From a virus, in IMG/VR virus record IMGVR_UViG_3300043177_000122, positions 40,464 through 104,463 of that record: a DNA stretch of 64,000 bases; one strand, 5' to 3'. Position numbers and translations under genes: made by a program. This document shows positions 53,068 through 61,957 of this stretch, one piece after another. Numbering within the stretch: position 1 is the first letter of the stretch; each line of letters starts with the position of its first letter. Below the pieces are notes generated by a model that saw only the letters and a program-made list of their open reading frames with translations, did not search any database and was not told the origin of the DNA.

Positions 53068-54027
53068 ATGAGAATTCTGTCGGGTATACAACCGTCAGGA
53101 ACAATTCACATCGGCAACTATTTTGGAATGATCAAGCCCTTGGTCGATTTACAAGGTAAGGGAGAAGTGTATTGTTTCCTTGCGGATTATCATTCAATGA
53201 CATCATTGTTTGATGCAAAAGAACGTAAAGCAAATTCAATTGAAGCAGCAACTACACTGCTAGCGTGTGGCATGGATCCTAAAACTGTTTTGTTTCGACA
53301 GTCAGATAGTCAGTCAGTGACTGAGCTAGCATGGATGCTTTCTACTGTAACTCCAATGGGCCTTTTAGAAAGGTGTCATAGTTACAAAGATAAAACTTCT
53401 AAAGGCATCCCAACCAATCATGGTTTGTTTGCTTATCCTGTTTTGATGGCGGCTGATATCCTACTATACCAATCTAATTTGGTACCAGTAGGAAAAGATC
53501 AACTTCAGCATTTGGAAGTGACGCGAGATATTGCCGTCAAGTTCAATACTACGTATGGGGAAATATTTACACTCCCCGAGCCCTATATTCAAGAAGCGGT
53601 AGCAACTGTTCCTGGAACTGATGGACAGAAGATGTCTAAAAGTAATGGTAACACTATCGAAATCTTTGGAGATGAAAAAGTTCTTAAGAAAAAGATAATG
53701 TCTATTGTGATGGATAGCCGCTCGCTGGCCACGCCAAAACCAGATGCAGATAAGAATATTGCAATTCAACTTCTAAAATTAGTAGCTCCGATGAATGTTG
53801 CTGAAGAATATGAAATGGAATTGCGAGATGGCTATCTTGGTTATGGTCAGCTTAAGAATGTTCTATTCGAACAATATTTTAGTTATTTTGAGAAACCAAG
53901 AGCATTGTATCAGGAATTGAAGAAGAATCCGGACTATGTAGAGCAAATTCTTCAAGAAGGTGCAGAACATGCCCGCTATCAAGCCCATCGTACGATGGAA
54001 AAAGTAAGAGAAGTAGTGGGTTTATGA
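53068..54027 (+). CDS. trpS: tryptophanyl-tRNA synthetase
   Basis: SGIQPSG, HIGN, YPVLMAADIL, VPVGKDQ.QH, KMSKS. Confidence 0.97.
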   Translation: MRILSGIQPSGTIHIGNYFGMIKPLVDLQGKGEVYCFLADYHSMTSLFDAKERKANSIEAATTLLACGMDPKTVLFRQSDSQSVTELAWMLSTVTPMGLLERCHSYKDKTSKGIPTNHGLFAYPVLMAADILLYQSNLVPVGKDQLQHLEVTRDIAVKFNTTYGEIFTLPEPYIQEAVATVPGTDGQKMSKSNGNTIEIFGDEKVLKKKIMSIVMDSRSLATPKPDADKNIAIQLLKLVAPMNVAEEYEMELRDGYLGYGQLKNVLFEQYFSYFEKPRALYQELKKNPDYVEQILQEGAEHARYQAHRTMEKVREVVGL

Positions 54028-54299
54028 GAGTAGTACACTGTAAGAAGGAACCATATGATGTCTATATTGGTAGACCATCAAAGTGGGGAAACCCATATAC
54101 TCATCTAGAAAACACTTCCACACCATATGTGGTTGACAGCCGTGAGGATGCGGTTAGATTATTCGAGGAATGGATCCGTTCACAGCCAGAGCTAATGGAG
54201 GCCGCCAAGAAAGAACTTAAAGGAAAAGTTTTGGGTTGTTGGTGCGCCCCATTAGCTTGTCATGGCGATGTACTTATAAGGATTGCTAATGAAGACTAA
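54024..54299 (+). CDS. DUF4326 family protein
   Basis: VYIGRPSKWGNP, LGCWCAP..CHGDVL. Confidence 0.88.
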   Translation: MRVVHCKKEPYDVYIGRPSKWGNPYTHLENTSTPYVVDSREDAVRLFEEWIRSQPELMEAAKKELKGKVLGCWCAPLACHGDVLIRIANED

Positions 54300-54465
54300 A
54301 GAATGGCTTTTACAGCGCAAGAAAGAGCTTGAAGAAGAGCTTATGGAATCACTCAAAGTAGTTGAAAAAGCATTAAAAGCCCTTGAGCCGAAAAAGGAGA
54401 AGACCGAATGTAATGGTTGTCCTGGCGGATGTGATATCTGTCGTACCGGACCTTACTATAGATAA
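54289..54465 (+). CDS. small hypothetical protein
   Basis: Coiled-coil plus CxxC..CxxC. Confidence 0.55.
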   Translation: MKTKEWLLQRKKELEEELMESLKVVEKALKALEPKKEKTECNGCPGGCDICRTGPYYR

Positions 54466-54469
54466 AATC

Positions 54470-55153
54470 ATGAATAAATTAGTTGTATTTGATATCGCTG
54501 GCACCACAATTGAAGACAATGATGCGGTTGGTCAAGCTTTTTTGAAAGCTTTTTTATCGTTCGGGTTAAATCCAACCACTGAACAAATTAATAATGTGAT
54601 GGGACTATCCAAACCACAATCTATCAAGATTATTCTGAAAGAGCTAGATAACACTACTCCAATTGCTGAAATACACGATCAGTTTTTAAAGAATATGATT
54701 GAGCATTATAGTCTTGATGAAAATATAAAAGAAATACCTGGAGCTGCTGAAACATTCAACACCCTACATGAAATGGACTATTATGTAGCTCTTGATACTG
54801 GATTTAGTCGAGACATTACAAATATCATTCTAGATAAGCTAGGATGGGTTAACCAAGGATTAGTAGATGCTGTTGTTAGCAGCGATCAAGTCAAATATGG
54901 AAGACCTTATCCATATATGATATTCAAGTTAATGGAGACGCTCCATATCAAAAGCGTCCATGATGTTGTAAAAGTTGGCGATACTGTCGCCGATATTTAT
55001 GAAGGTTTAAATGCTGGGTGTGATGTAGTAATAGGCGTCACTACTGGAACAGAGACTAAACAATCTTTCAAAGAAAAATTATCCGGGTGTCACTACTGTG
55101 TAATGGATGACATTACAGAAGTGCCCGCTTGTTTACATTACACTCCTATTTGA
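54470..55153 (+). CDS. HAD-family phosphonatase-like hydrolase
   Basis: VFDIAGTT, ALDTGF, GRP.P.MI, KVGDT..D. Confidence 0.88.
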   Translation: MNKLVVFDIAGTTIEDNDAVGQAFLKAFLSFGLNPTTEQINNVMGLSKPQSIKIILKELDNTTPIAEIHDQFLKNMIEHYSLDENIKEIPGAAETFNTLHEMDYYVALDTGFSRDITNIILDKLGWVNQGLVDAVVSSDQVKYGRPYPYMIFKLMETLHIKSVHDVVKVGDTVADIYEGLNAGCDVVIGVTTGTETKQSFKEKLSGCHYCVMDDITEVPACLHYTPI

Positions 55154-55160
55154 GGAAGTC

Positions 55161-56372
55161 ATGTCTAATATATTCGAAGATTTGGAGCAGCGTGGTTTGA
55201 TTAAACAAACAACCAACGCAGATAAGTTGCGTCAACTATTTAACTCAAATACTCCAGTCACGTTTTACATTGGATTTGACCCCACTTCTGATAGTTTACA
55301 TATAGGCCACTTACTTCAAGTAGTAACAGCTAAGCGACTAGTCCAAGCTGGGCATCGAGCTATCATGTTAGTTGGCGGAGCAACCGCTTTGATTGGAGAT
55401 CCGACAGGCAAGTCAGAAATGCGAAAAATGCTTTCTCATTCTGATATTAGGGTAAATGGTGAAGCCATCGGCGCCCAGATTCAAAAAATAATGGGAAGAG
55501 AAATTGAATTAGTCAATAACCTAACTTGGTTTGATGATGCTGATTTTCTTTCTCTTTTGCGTACCATTGGCCCCTTTTTCTCTGTTAATAATATGTTGCG
55601 AGCTGAGTGCTTCAAAAGTCGAATGGAGCATGGACTCTCATTTTTAGAGTTCAATTACATGATTATGCAGGCGCAAGACTTCCGAATGCTTCATTTGGAA
55701 GAGGGCTGCATTTTACAAATTGGCGGTGATGATCAGTGGTCTAATATCTTAGCTGGTATTGATTTGATTCACAAAAAGCATGGGCACGAAGTATTCGGTC
55801 TAACACTTCCTTTGTTAGTCAATTCTGATGGAATCAAAATGGGAAAGACGGAAAAAGGAGCGGTGTGGTTGGGTCCGGCTAAAACTTCTCCCTCTGAGTT
55901 TTTTCAATTTTGGAGAAATATTCCTGACGATCAAGTAGAAAAATGTCTTCTTTTCTTTACTGATATGAAACCGGGTGAGTTGATTGAATCGTCTTTTAAT
56001 ATCAACCATCACAAAAAAAATCTAGCATTTGAAATTACGAAATTGGTTCATGGCGAATCAATAGCACGACAGGCGCTCGAGCAGGCAGAAGCCTTGTTCG
56101 AGAAACAAGATACTTCTACTCTTGAAGCAATTTCTATCCAAGAAGGCACGCACATTCTTGATTTACTTATGGTATGTGGTTTTGCAAAATCACGTACAGG
56201 TGGTAGAAATTTAATCAATAATAGAGGGATCTCAATAAACCAAGATGTTCTTACTGACCCTACGATTGTAATTTCCAGAAATCAGTTTGGAAATGAATTA
56301 ATTGTGAAAAAGGGCAAGAAGAATTTCTGTCGCCTGCTTATTGAGGATAAATGCCAAGACCAAGTACCGTAA
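55161..56372 (+). CDS. tyrS: tyrosyl-tRNA synthetase
   Basis: YIGFDPT..SLHIGH, IGDP.G, QIGG.DQW.N, KMGKT, C-terminal S4-like domain. Confidence 0.97.
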   Translation: MSNIFEDLEQRGLIKQTTNADKLRQLFNSNTPVTFYIGFDPTSDSLHIGHLLQVVTAKRLVQAGHRAIMLVGGATALIGDPTGKSEMRKMLSHSDIRVNGEAIGAQIQKIMGREIELVNNLTWFDDADFLSLLRTIGPFFSVNNMLRAECFKSRMEHGLSFLEFNYMIMQAQDFRMLHLEEGCILQIGGDDQWSNILAGIDLIHKKHGHEVFGLTLPLLVNSDGIKMGKTEKGAVWLGPAKTSPSEFFQFWRNIPDDQVEKCLLFFTDMKPGELIESSFNINHHKKNLAFEITKLVHGESIARQALEQAEALFEKQDTSTLEAISIQEGTHILDLLMVCGFAKSRTGGRNLINNRGISINQDVLTDPTIVISRNQFGNELIVKKGKKNFCRLLIEDKCQDQVP

Positions 56373-56659
56373 CTAATGAAGACCTACTAAGATGGTCTGA
56401 CACAATTGATAATGATCCACTAATGTCTAAAGGTTTGGCCCAGAATCCCATTATTCGGGAAGTTTGTTATGCTGGCCAATGGTTAGCTGATAAACTAGCT
56501 GAGCTAAACTGTCCAGATAATTTAATTGGTAGGATGATGTTTACTGCGGGTCGATTATCTTTTGGTCGCCCAGACCCTTGGGAAGTTCATTTGGATATTC
56601 TTAATCGCTTTATTGATGGAACTTTGGAATTCGAAACGGATCCCGAAGAAATTAACTAA
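56351..56659 (+). CDS. hypothetical protein
   Basis: 102-aa ORF with GAGGA RBS. Confidence 0.7.
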   Translation: MPRPSTVTNEDLLRWSDTIDNDPLMSKGLAQNPIIREVCYAGQWLADKLAELNCPDNLIGRMMFTAGRLSFGRPDPWEVHLDILNRFIDGTLEFETDPEEIN

Positions 56660-56722
56660 GAATTTTCTTAAAATTCTTATCGCTTAATGTAGGGAATCAT
56701 TAATCTTTTTCTTTTGTTTGGG

Positions 56723-56750
56723 TTGACGCCAATCCTAGCATGAGTATATT
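56723..56750 (+). promoter_or_regulatory. sigma70-like promoter
   Basis: TTGACG-16nt-TATATT. Confidence 0.6.
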
Positions 56751-56785
56751 GTTTAGTGAGCCCTTTTTATTTAGGAAGGAAAATT

Positions 56786-57916
56786 ATGCCAACTCCGCAA
56801 CAGCCACAAATGGCCACGTCAGATTTCAATCTGCAAAAACTGAATACGAAAGAATTATCAGAGCATGTTTCTACGACCATTCAAATGGGAGGAAACATTG
56901 CTGTATTTGGCCGTCGTGGTACGGGCAAAACAGAAATCTCTAAAACAGAAATCAAAAGGTTAGACTGTAAAGAAGTCTATATGAACCTTTCTGTTATGGA
57001 GCGCCCTGACTTAGGAGGCTATCCTGATGTTACTGCGCCTAATCGTGGCAGCGAATATGTTAATTTTTTGCTGCCTCGTTTCTATGAAGAGATGGTGGAT
57101 GGCAAACAAGATGTAGTTGCCCTCCTAGATGAAGTTGATAAGGCAGACCCATCTCTGTGGGCGCCTCTATTAGAGTTTGTCCAGTTTAGAAGTATTAACG
57201 GTAAGCCTCTGCCAAATCTGCAAGCTATTATCATGACTGGTAACCTTATTTCTGAAGGTGGTCAGCGCCCAAGCCTACCTCTGCTAGATAGAACTGAAAA
57301 GTTCTTAGTTGAGGCAGACGCTGCTTCTTGGTTGGATTGGGCCGGTAAATCTGGTCGTATTCATCCATCTGTTACTGCATATATTCATGATCATACAAAA
57401 GATTTGTTTGGTGCAGTAGACCCAGAAGAAAGATATGCTGACCCATCTCCTCGTGGATGGGATAGAGCTTCTCAGATTTTGTTTGCAGGCGAAGACCGAG
57501 GATGGAACCCCTCTCTTTTAAATAAGAAGGTTTCAGGTTGTGTTGGTAAAGATGCAGGTATCAAATACGCAAACTACTATGATCATTACCTAGAGGTAAT
57601 TCCAATGGTAGAAAAGATTTATGCCGGGCAGAGTGTGACTAATGAGTATCTTGCTATGCCTCCGACCAAGCAATTGGTCACCTGTATGATTGCTTGCACT
57701 CGTCTTGCAAATCAACTTGATCAGGTTGAGTTGGGCGGCGAATTACCTCCAGCCGTTAGACACATTGGTAAATTCTTGCATAAAGTCTCTCACGAAAATG
57801 TTTTGGTAGCTGTTCGCAGTCAGGTTCAAATTGAACGACTTTGTAAGTTTAATCTAGATGAGCATCCAGATTGGGCTGATGTTCTTGGCAGAATCAACAA
57901 AGAAGTTGATCAATAA
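56786..57916 (+). CDS. MoxR-like AAA+ ATPase
   Basis: GRRGTGKT, LLDEVDKA, TGN, PSPRGW. Confidence 0.88.
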   Translation: MPTPQQPQMATSDFNLQKLNTKELSEHVSTTIQMGGNIAVFGRRGTGKTEISKTEIKRLDCKEVYMNLSVMERPDLGGYPDVTAPNRGSEYVNFLLPRFYEEMVDGKQDVVALLDEVDKADPSLWAPLLEFVQFRSINGKPLPNLQAIIMTGNLISEGGQRPSLPLLDRTEKFLVEADAASWLDWAGKSGRIHPSVTAYIHDHTKDLFGAVDPEERYADPSPRGWDRASQILFAGEDRGWNPSLLNKKVSGCVGKDAGIKYANYYDHYLEVIPMVEKIYAGQSVTNEYLAMPPTKQLVTCMIACTRLANQLDQVELGGELPPAVRHIGKFLHKVSHENVLVAVRSQVQIERLCKFNLDEHPDWADVLGRINKEVDQ

Positions 57917-57955
57917 TTGCTTTTTTGCTAAGATATATGATCCAATGGAGCTTTA

Positions 57956-59635
57956 ATGAAATTTAGCAAAGTAATAGGTAAAATAGATCCAAAATTAGTA
58001 TCTCAAGCAGAAGATAAGCTGTCTAAGGTATTTTTGGAATTAGCTGTTAGATATAACAATGAGCACGTATCATCCGGTATGGGCGGGGATCCATTAATCT
58101 TTAGCCTAATGTATCCGGTGGAACATGTTTGTACTTTGAATATTCCTACTGCAGCTACTGATGGTAAGAGATATTATTGGAACCCAAGGTTCATTCTTAA
58201 ACTCTCACACAGAGGATTGAGAATTGTTTGCGCCCATGAGGCATGGCATGCTATCTATATGCATCCGTCTCGTAGAGGCTCTAGAAATCCTGAGCTATGG
58301 AATATTGCTGTTGACTATATTGTTAATGGTACAGCAATGGAAGATTTTAAAGCTCGCAAGAAAGATGCATCAGTAGAATTTACCAAGAATCTTGGCCGAT
58401 ACATGCCGTTTGATACTTTCTGTCAGTTTGTAAAAAATCCATTTGCTAAGATTCCTGGCTTTGAAGATATTAGTCCTGGTATTGAAGACCCGAATGGAAA
58501 TAACCCGTCTTGTAATCTTCCTGCTCCACAGGAAGACCGCGAGTTAACTGTTCAAGAACGTAAAGAACTAGAGAAGCGTGAAAAGGGTGTTAGATTTTAT
58601 TATGCCGATCCTAACCTCGATGAGGATATGAAGAAGCCTGAAAAAATCTATGATATTCTTTATGCTCTTTTACCAAAATGTTCCAAATGTGGTCGTTTAG
58701 GAGTTTATCATAAGCCCAATCAAAAGAAGGGGCAAAAAGGGCAGCAAGGGCAACAAAAGGGACAGGGCCAAGGCCAACAACCAAACCAGAATGGTCAGCC
58801 TGGACATGGTGAACACGATCATGGTGATGGACAAGCCTGTGACTGTCCAGACCATCAGGGTCAAGGGCAAGGTCAACCAAATCAGACTCAAGGACAAGGT
58901 AACGGGCCTTGCGATGAATGTGGTGGCGGCATTGATATTTTTGGTTTAGGTGGCACCGTAGATGATCATATGGACTCCGAGGAGTCTGAGGAAAAGCTGG
59001 CCAAGCGAATTTCTGAAGCCATGGAAGCGGCAAAGAAAATGGCAGGCTATGTCCCCGCAGCCCTAGAGGAGGAACTTGGTAAATTGACTGCGCCCAGAAT
59101 AACTTGGCAAGATATTATTCGCACTCGCCTCCTCAAAGCTCGTGCTGGTAGTGGGCGTAATGATTGGACTAGATTTAGAACTCGCCCAATGTTTAGTGGA
59201 CTTATGGTTCCTAAGAGAAAAAATTACTATGCTCACTTTGGGTGCTTGTTAGATACTTCCGGATCTATGAGTAAAGACGATATGGCTTTCGGACTATCTC
59301 AGCTTCAATCATTGGACGAGCGCTCTGAAGGCACTATTGTACCAGCCGACGCAACTATCTATTGGGACGAAGCAACTAAGATTAAGAAAGCTGTTGCTGA
59401 AGAAATCACTAAGGTTAAAGTCGTTGGTCGAGGCGGAACTAAGTATGCTGAATTCTTTACTGATTATGAAAAAAATATTGGTCATTGTGATTTCTTAATT
59501 GTAATTACTGATGGTTTCTTATTAGATACTGACATAGCAGAAATGAAACATCCTGGTATCGACGTTATTTGGTTGATTACCAGCGGTAGTGTTTTTAATC
59601 CACCATTTGGTCGTGCTTTTGATTTACGTGCATAA
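57956..59635 (+). CDS. DUF2201-type metallopeptidase + vWA domain protein
   Basis: TAATDG, HEAWH, WNIA.D..VN, Q/G-rich linker, DTSGSM, GRGGT, ITDG. Confidence 0.9.
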   Translation: MKFSKVIGKIDPKLVSQAEDKLSKVFLELAVRYNNEHVSSGMGGDPLIFSLMYPVEHVCTLNIPTAATDGKRYYWNPRFILKLSHRGLRIVCAHEAWHAIYMHPSRRGSRNPELWNIAVDYIVNGTAMEDFKARKKDASVEFTKNLGRYMPFDTFCQFVKNPFAKIPGFEDISPGIEDPNGNNPSCNLPAPQEDRELTVQERKELEKREKGVRFYYADPNLDEDMKKPEKIYDILYALLPKCSKCGRLGVYHKPNQKKGQKGQQGQQKGQGQGQQPNQNGQPGHGEHDHGDGQACDCPDHQGQGQGQPNQTQGQGNGPCDECGGGIDIFGLGGTVDDHMDSEESEEKLAKRISEAMEAAKKMAGYVPAALEEELGKLTAPRITWQDIIRTRLLKARAGSGRNDWTRFRTRPMFSGLMVPKRKNYYAHFGCLLDTSGSMSKDDMAFGLSQLQSLDERSEGTIVPADATIYWDEATKIKKAVAEEITKVKVVGRGGTKYAEFFTDYEKNIGHCDFLIVITDGFLLDTDIAEMKHPGIDVIWLITSGSVFNPPFGRAFDLRA

Positions 59636-60129
59636 TGAATAAAAAACATTGCATATCTGGCTGTGATCATGAGAGACACGAGTCTCATCGTGAAAAATTT
59701 GCTCAGGCTAAAAAAGCCGCACTAGAAGGCCAATATTATTGGTGTGTAGCTAGATATGTAACAGATCGAAACATTTCTCCATCAGACGCTGATGATTTAG
59801 AGTTTTTCCAAGACTCTGTCTTTGAAAGCCCTTGGGGACGTATTCATATCTTTTTTTATGAGTGGATGTTTAAAAAGTATTATCAGACAAATCCTGATTG
59901 GTACATACTCGTTTTTACAAGCTATTTAGGGTATTTAGATAAGATATCTCCACTCTTTTCACAAGATGCTTTTTATTTTGTATTTAAGCAAAATAATATT
60001 TACCTAATAGAAGGCTTGCTTAAAATAATGCCGTTTGAAATTAAGCTACGATTCATTAAAGCGGCAGAAAAATATCCAGATATGATCCATAAAGTTCCTA
60101 AACTTAAGTTGTATAACTTATTTTCCTGA
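59635..60129 (+). CDS. hypothetical protein (C-terminal KLKLYNLFS tag)
   Basis: 164-aa ORF. Confidence 0.7.
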   Translation: MNKKHCISGCDHERHESHREKFAQAKKAALEGQYYWCVARYVTDRNISPSDADDLEFFQDSVFESPWGRIHIFFYEWMFKKYYQTNPDWYILVFTSYLGYLDKISPLFSQDAFYFVFKQNNIYLIEGLLKIMPFEIKLRFIKAAEKYPDMIHKVPKLKLYNLFS

Positions 60130-60136
60130 CGAACTA

Positions 60137-60165
60137 TTGACAGTCACGCTCGGCATGCTTATCTT
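60137..60165 (+). promoter_or_regulatory. sigma70-like promoter
   Basis: TTGACA-17nt-TATCTT. Confidence 0.55.
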
Positions 60166-60189
60166 GTAAGGTGTGTTATATTCACTAAT

Positions 60190-60660
60190 GTGAATAATGT
60201 AATCTTCATCGAGTTTTATAATAAACAAAATTTCCCTCCTGGCAAATGGATTTCAGAACCAGATTTGTGTTTTTGGGAAAACCAATTACCATGTTTAGCT
60301 ATTCGTGACATGGGGATGGGTATCTGGAAAGGTTTTGTTGCTGTAGATAAAAGCCATCCATTGTATGGTAAGTCAGTAGAAGATATGCTGACACAATCGG
60401 TAATGCGGGATATTTTTATAGCAGTTTATGGTGGTTTAAGTGGAGCCGGGCGATTACCCATTAAATACAAAGAGTTTGCTAAAGATTCTTGGTGGATTGG
60501 CATTGAGACCTCTCATGGCGGCGATTTAATGCCCTTACTTAATTTGGACAATAGTGATCCAAATATGGCTAAACTAATATCAACACAGACGTATAAAGAT
60601 TTGCACTTTATTCGAAAAGAAACTAATAAATTGGCGAAGTTGATTTCGAAACTAAAATGA
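60190..60660 (+). CDS. conserved phage hypothetical protein
   Basis: G.W..EPD, GFV....HPLYG, YGGL, WWIG....H.GD. Confidence 0.7.
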   Translation: MNNVIFIEFYNKQNFPPGKWISEPDLCFWENQLPCLAIRDMGMGIWKGFVAVDKSHPLYGKSVEDMLTQSVMRDIFIAVYGGLSGAGRLPIKYKEFAKDSWWIGIETSHGGDLMPLLNLDNSDPNMAKLISTQTYKDLHFIRKETNKLAKLISKLK

Positions 60661-60743
60661 CCATGACTGGTTTTATTATTCTAGACATATTACTAACTAT
60701 TGGTCTCTTTTATAATTTAAGTAAAGATACCTATCGGTAATTC

Positions 60744-61055
60744 ATGAGAAAGACACCTATGACTGGTGCTACCCCGCGCTATCGATTAGAGGGAGTGAAG
60801 GGTGAGTTTTTTGATGTATTTGCTAAAAAAGCAAATGCTATTAAAGCGGCTATTCAAATGGCTACTGAATATCCAGGAACTACATTTCTAGTGGTTCGCA
60901 CAACTTTTCTCAAAAAGAAAATTGTGTTTCGATTCAAATTAGAAATTGAGTTTCAGTTTGACGATTTACAAGACGTTTATCGTGGAATCCTTGACGTTTA
61001 TCAAGGCAAATTAGATAAAACCAAATATTGGAGAAAACCAGATGTTTCTACTTGA
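60744..61055 (+). CDS. hypothetical protein
   Basis: 103-aa ORF. Confidence 0.65.
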   Translation: MRKTPMTGATPRYRLEGVKGEFFDVFAKKANAIKAAIQMATEYPGTTFLVVRTTFLKKKIVFRFKLEIEFQFDDLQDVYRGILDVYQGKLDKTKYWRKPDVST

Positions 61056-61533
61056 AATTGCATTAACCGGTGGAATCTTAGCGATTCTTGTATTCATTCA
61101 CTTTTTTGTAGATTGGATTTTTCAATCGCATGCCGAGGCAATGGTTAAGCACAATACCCCTAGAGTACGTGCCAAACACTGCTTTATTTATACATTGGGG
61201 TTTGCTCCAATCTTGATGTTGTTCCATCTAACATCATTTGAATTATTCTTTGCTCTCAATCTTTTATTCTGGTCGCATTTTGCTGAAGACACCTATCTCC
61301 CCGTTTATCTTTGGGCAAAGTATATTCGTAAACCGCCTGAAATGACTGAACCTCGTAAAGTTGTTGGCACTGATGGTTATGTTTCAGTTCTTCCTCCTGA
61401 TCCCAAAGCGGGGTTTGTCGAGTTTGTTCAAACTCCGATGGGAAAGATTCTAATGATCGCTATTGATCAAATCATTCACATCGCATTTCTTATTCCTATT
61501 GCCTGGATGATGATGTGTCACCTAGCAGACTAA
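61042..61533 (+). CDS. DUF3307-like membrane protein
   Basis: HF..DW.FQ, H..IY, H...D, DQ..H. Confidence 0.8.
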   Translation: MFLLEIALTGGILAILVFIHFFVDWIFQSHAEAMVKHNTPRVRAKHCFIYTLGFAPILMLFHLTSFELFFALNLLFWSHFAEDTYLPVYLWAKYIRKPPEMTEPRKVVGTDGYVSVLPPDPKAGFVEFVQTPMGKILMIAIDQIIHIAFLIPIAWMMMCHLAD

Positions 61534-61548
61534 ATTTACGGAACTAAT

Positions 61549-61905
61549 ATGAAGTGGTCAGAATTCAATTCTCTAATTTTGAGAAATCTTACAGAATAAA
61601 GTCTCTAATACTTATGGTCACTGTTATGTAGCAAGCGAAGCGGCTTACTATCTTCTTGGCGGTAAAGAAGAAGGTTGGAAGCCAATGCACATGAAGCATT
61701 TAGGATCATCTCATTGGTTTTTAAAACATGAGTCTGGATATATCTTAGATTTAACTAGTAATCAATTCAAAGTACCACTAGACTATAATAAGGCACGTGG
61801 TGCCGCTTTTTGACCAAAGAATCTAGCAAAAGGGCAAAGAAACTTCTAATTCGCATCAAAGATTCTCGCGCCCTTGACACTCTTATTTCTAAGAATAGAT
61901 TGTAA
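61549..61905 (+). pseudogene. phage hypothetical protein with an internal deletion and a frameshift
   Basis: MKWSEF...NLT then, out of frame, GHCYVASEAAYYLLGG...HWFL...LDLT..QF, then a -1 shift in T5 (61807-61811). Confidence 0.7.
61874..61901 (+). promoter_or_regulatory. sigma70-like promoter
   Basis: TTGACA-16nt-TAGATT upstream of the rIIA-like gene. Confidence 0.6.
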
Positions 61906-61957
61906 GGCGTGGTGCTCGGTGAGAGTGCGTTGGTAAACCAGAGAGTTATATTGAATA

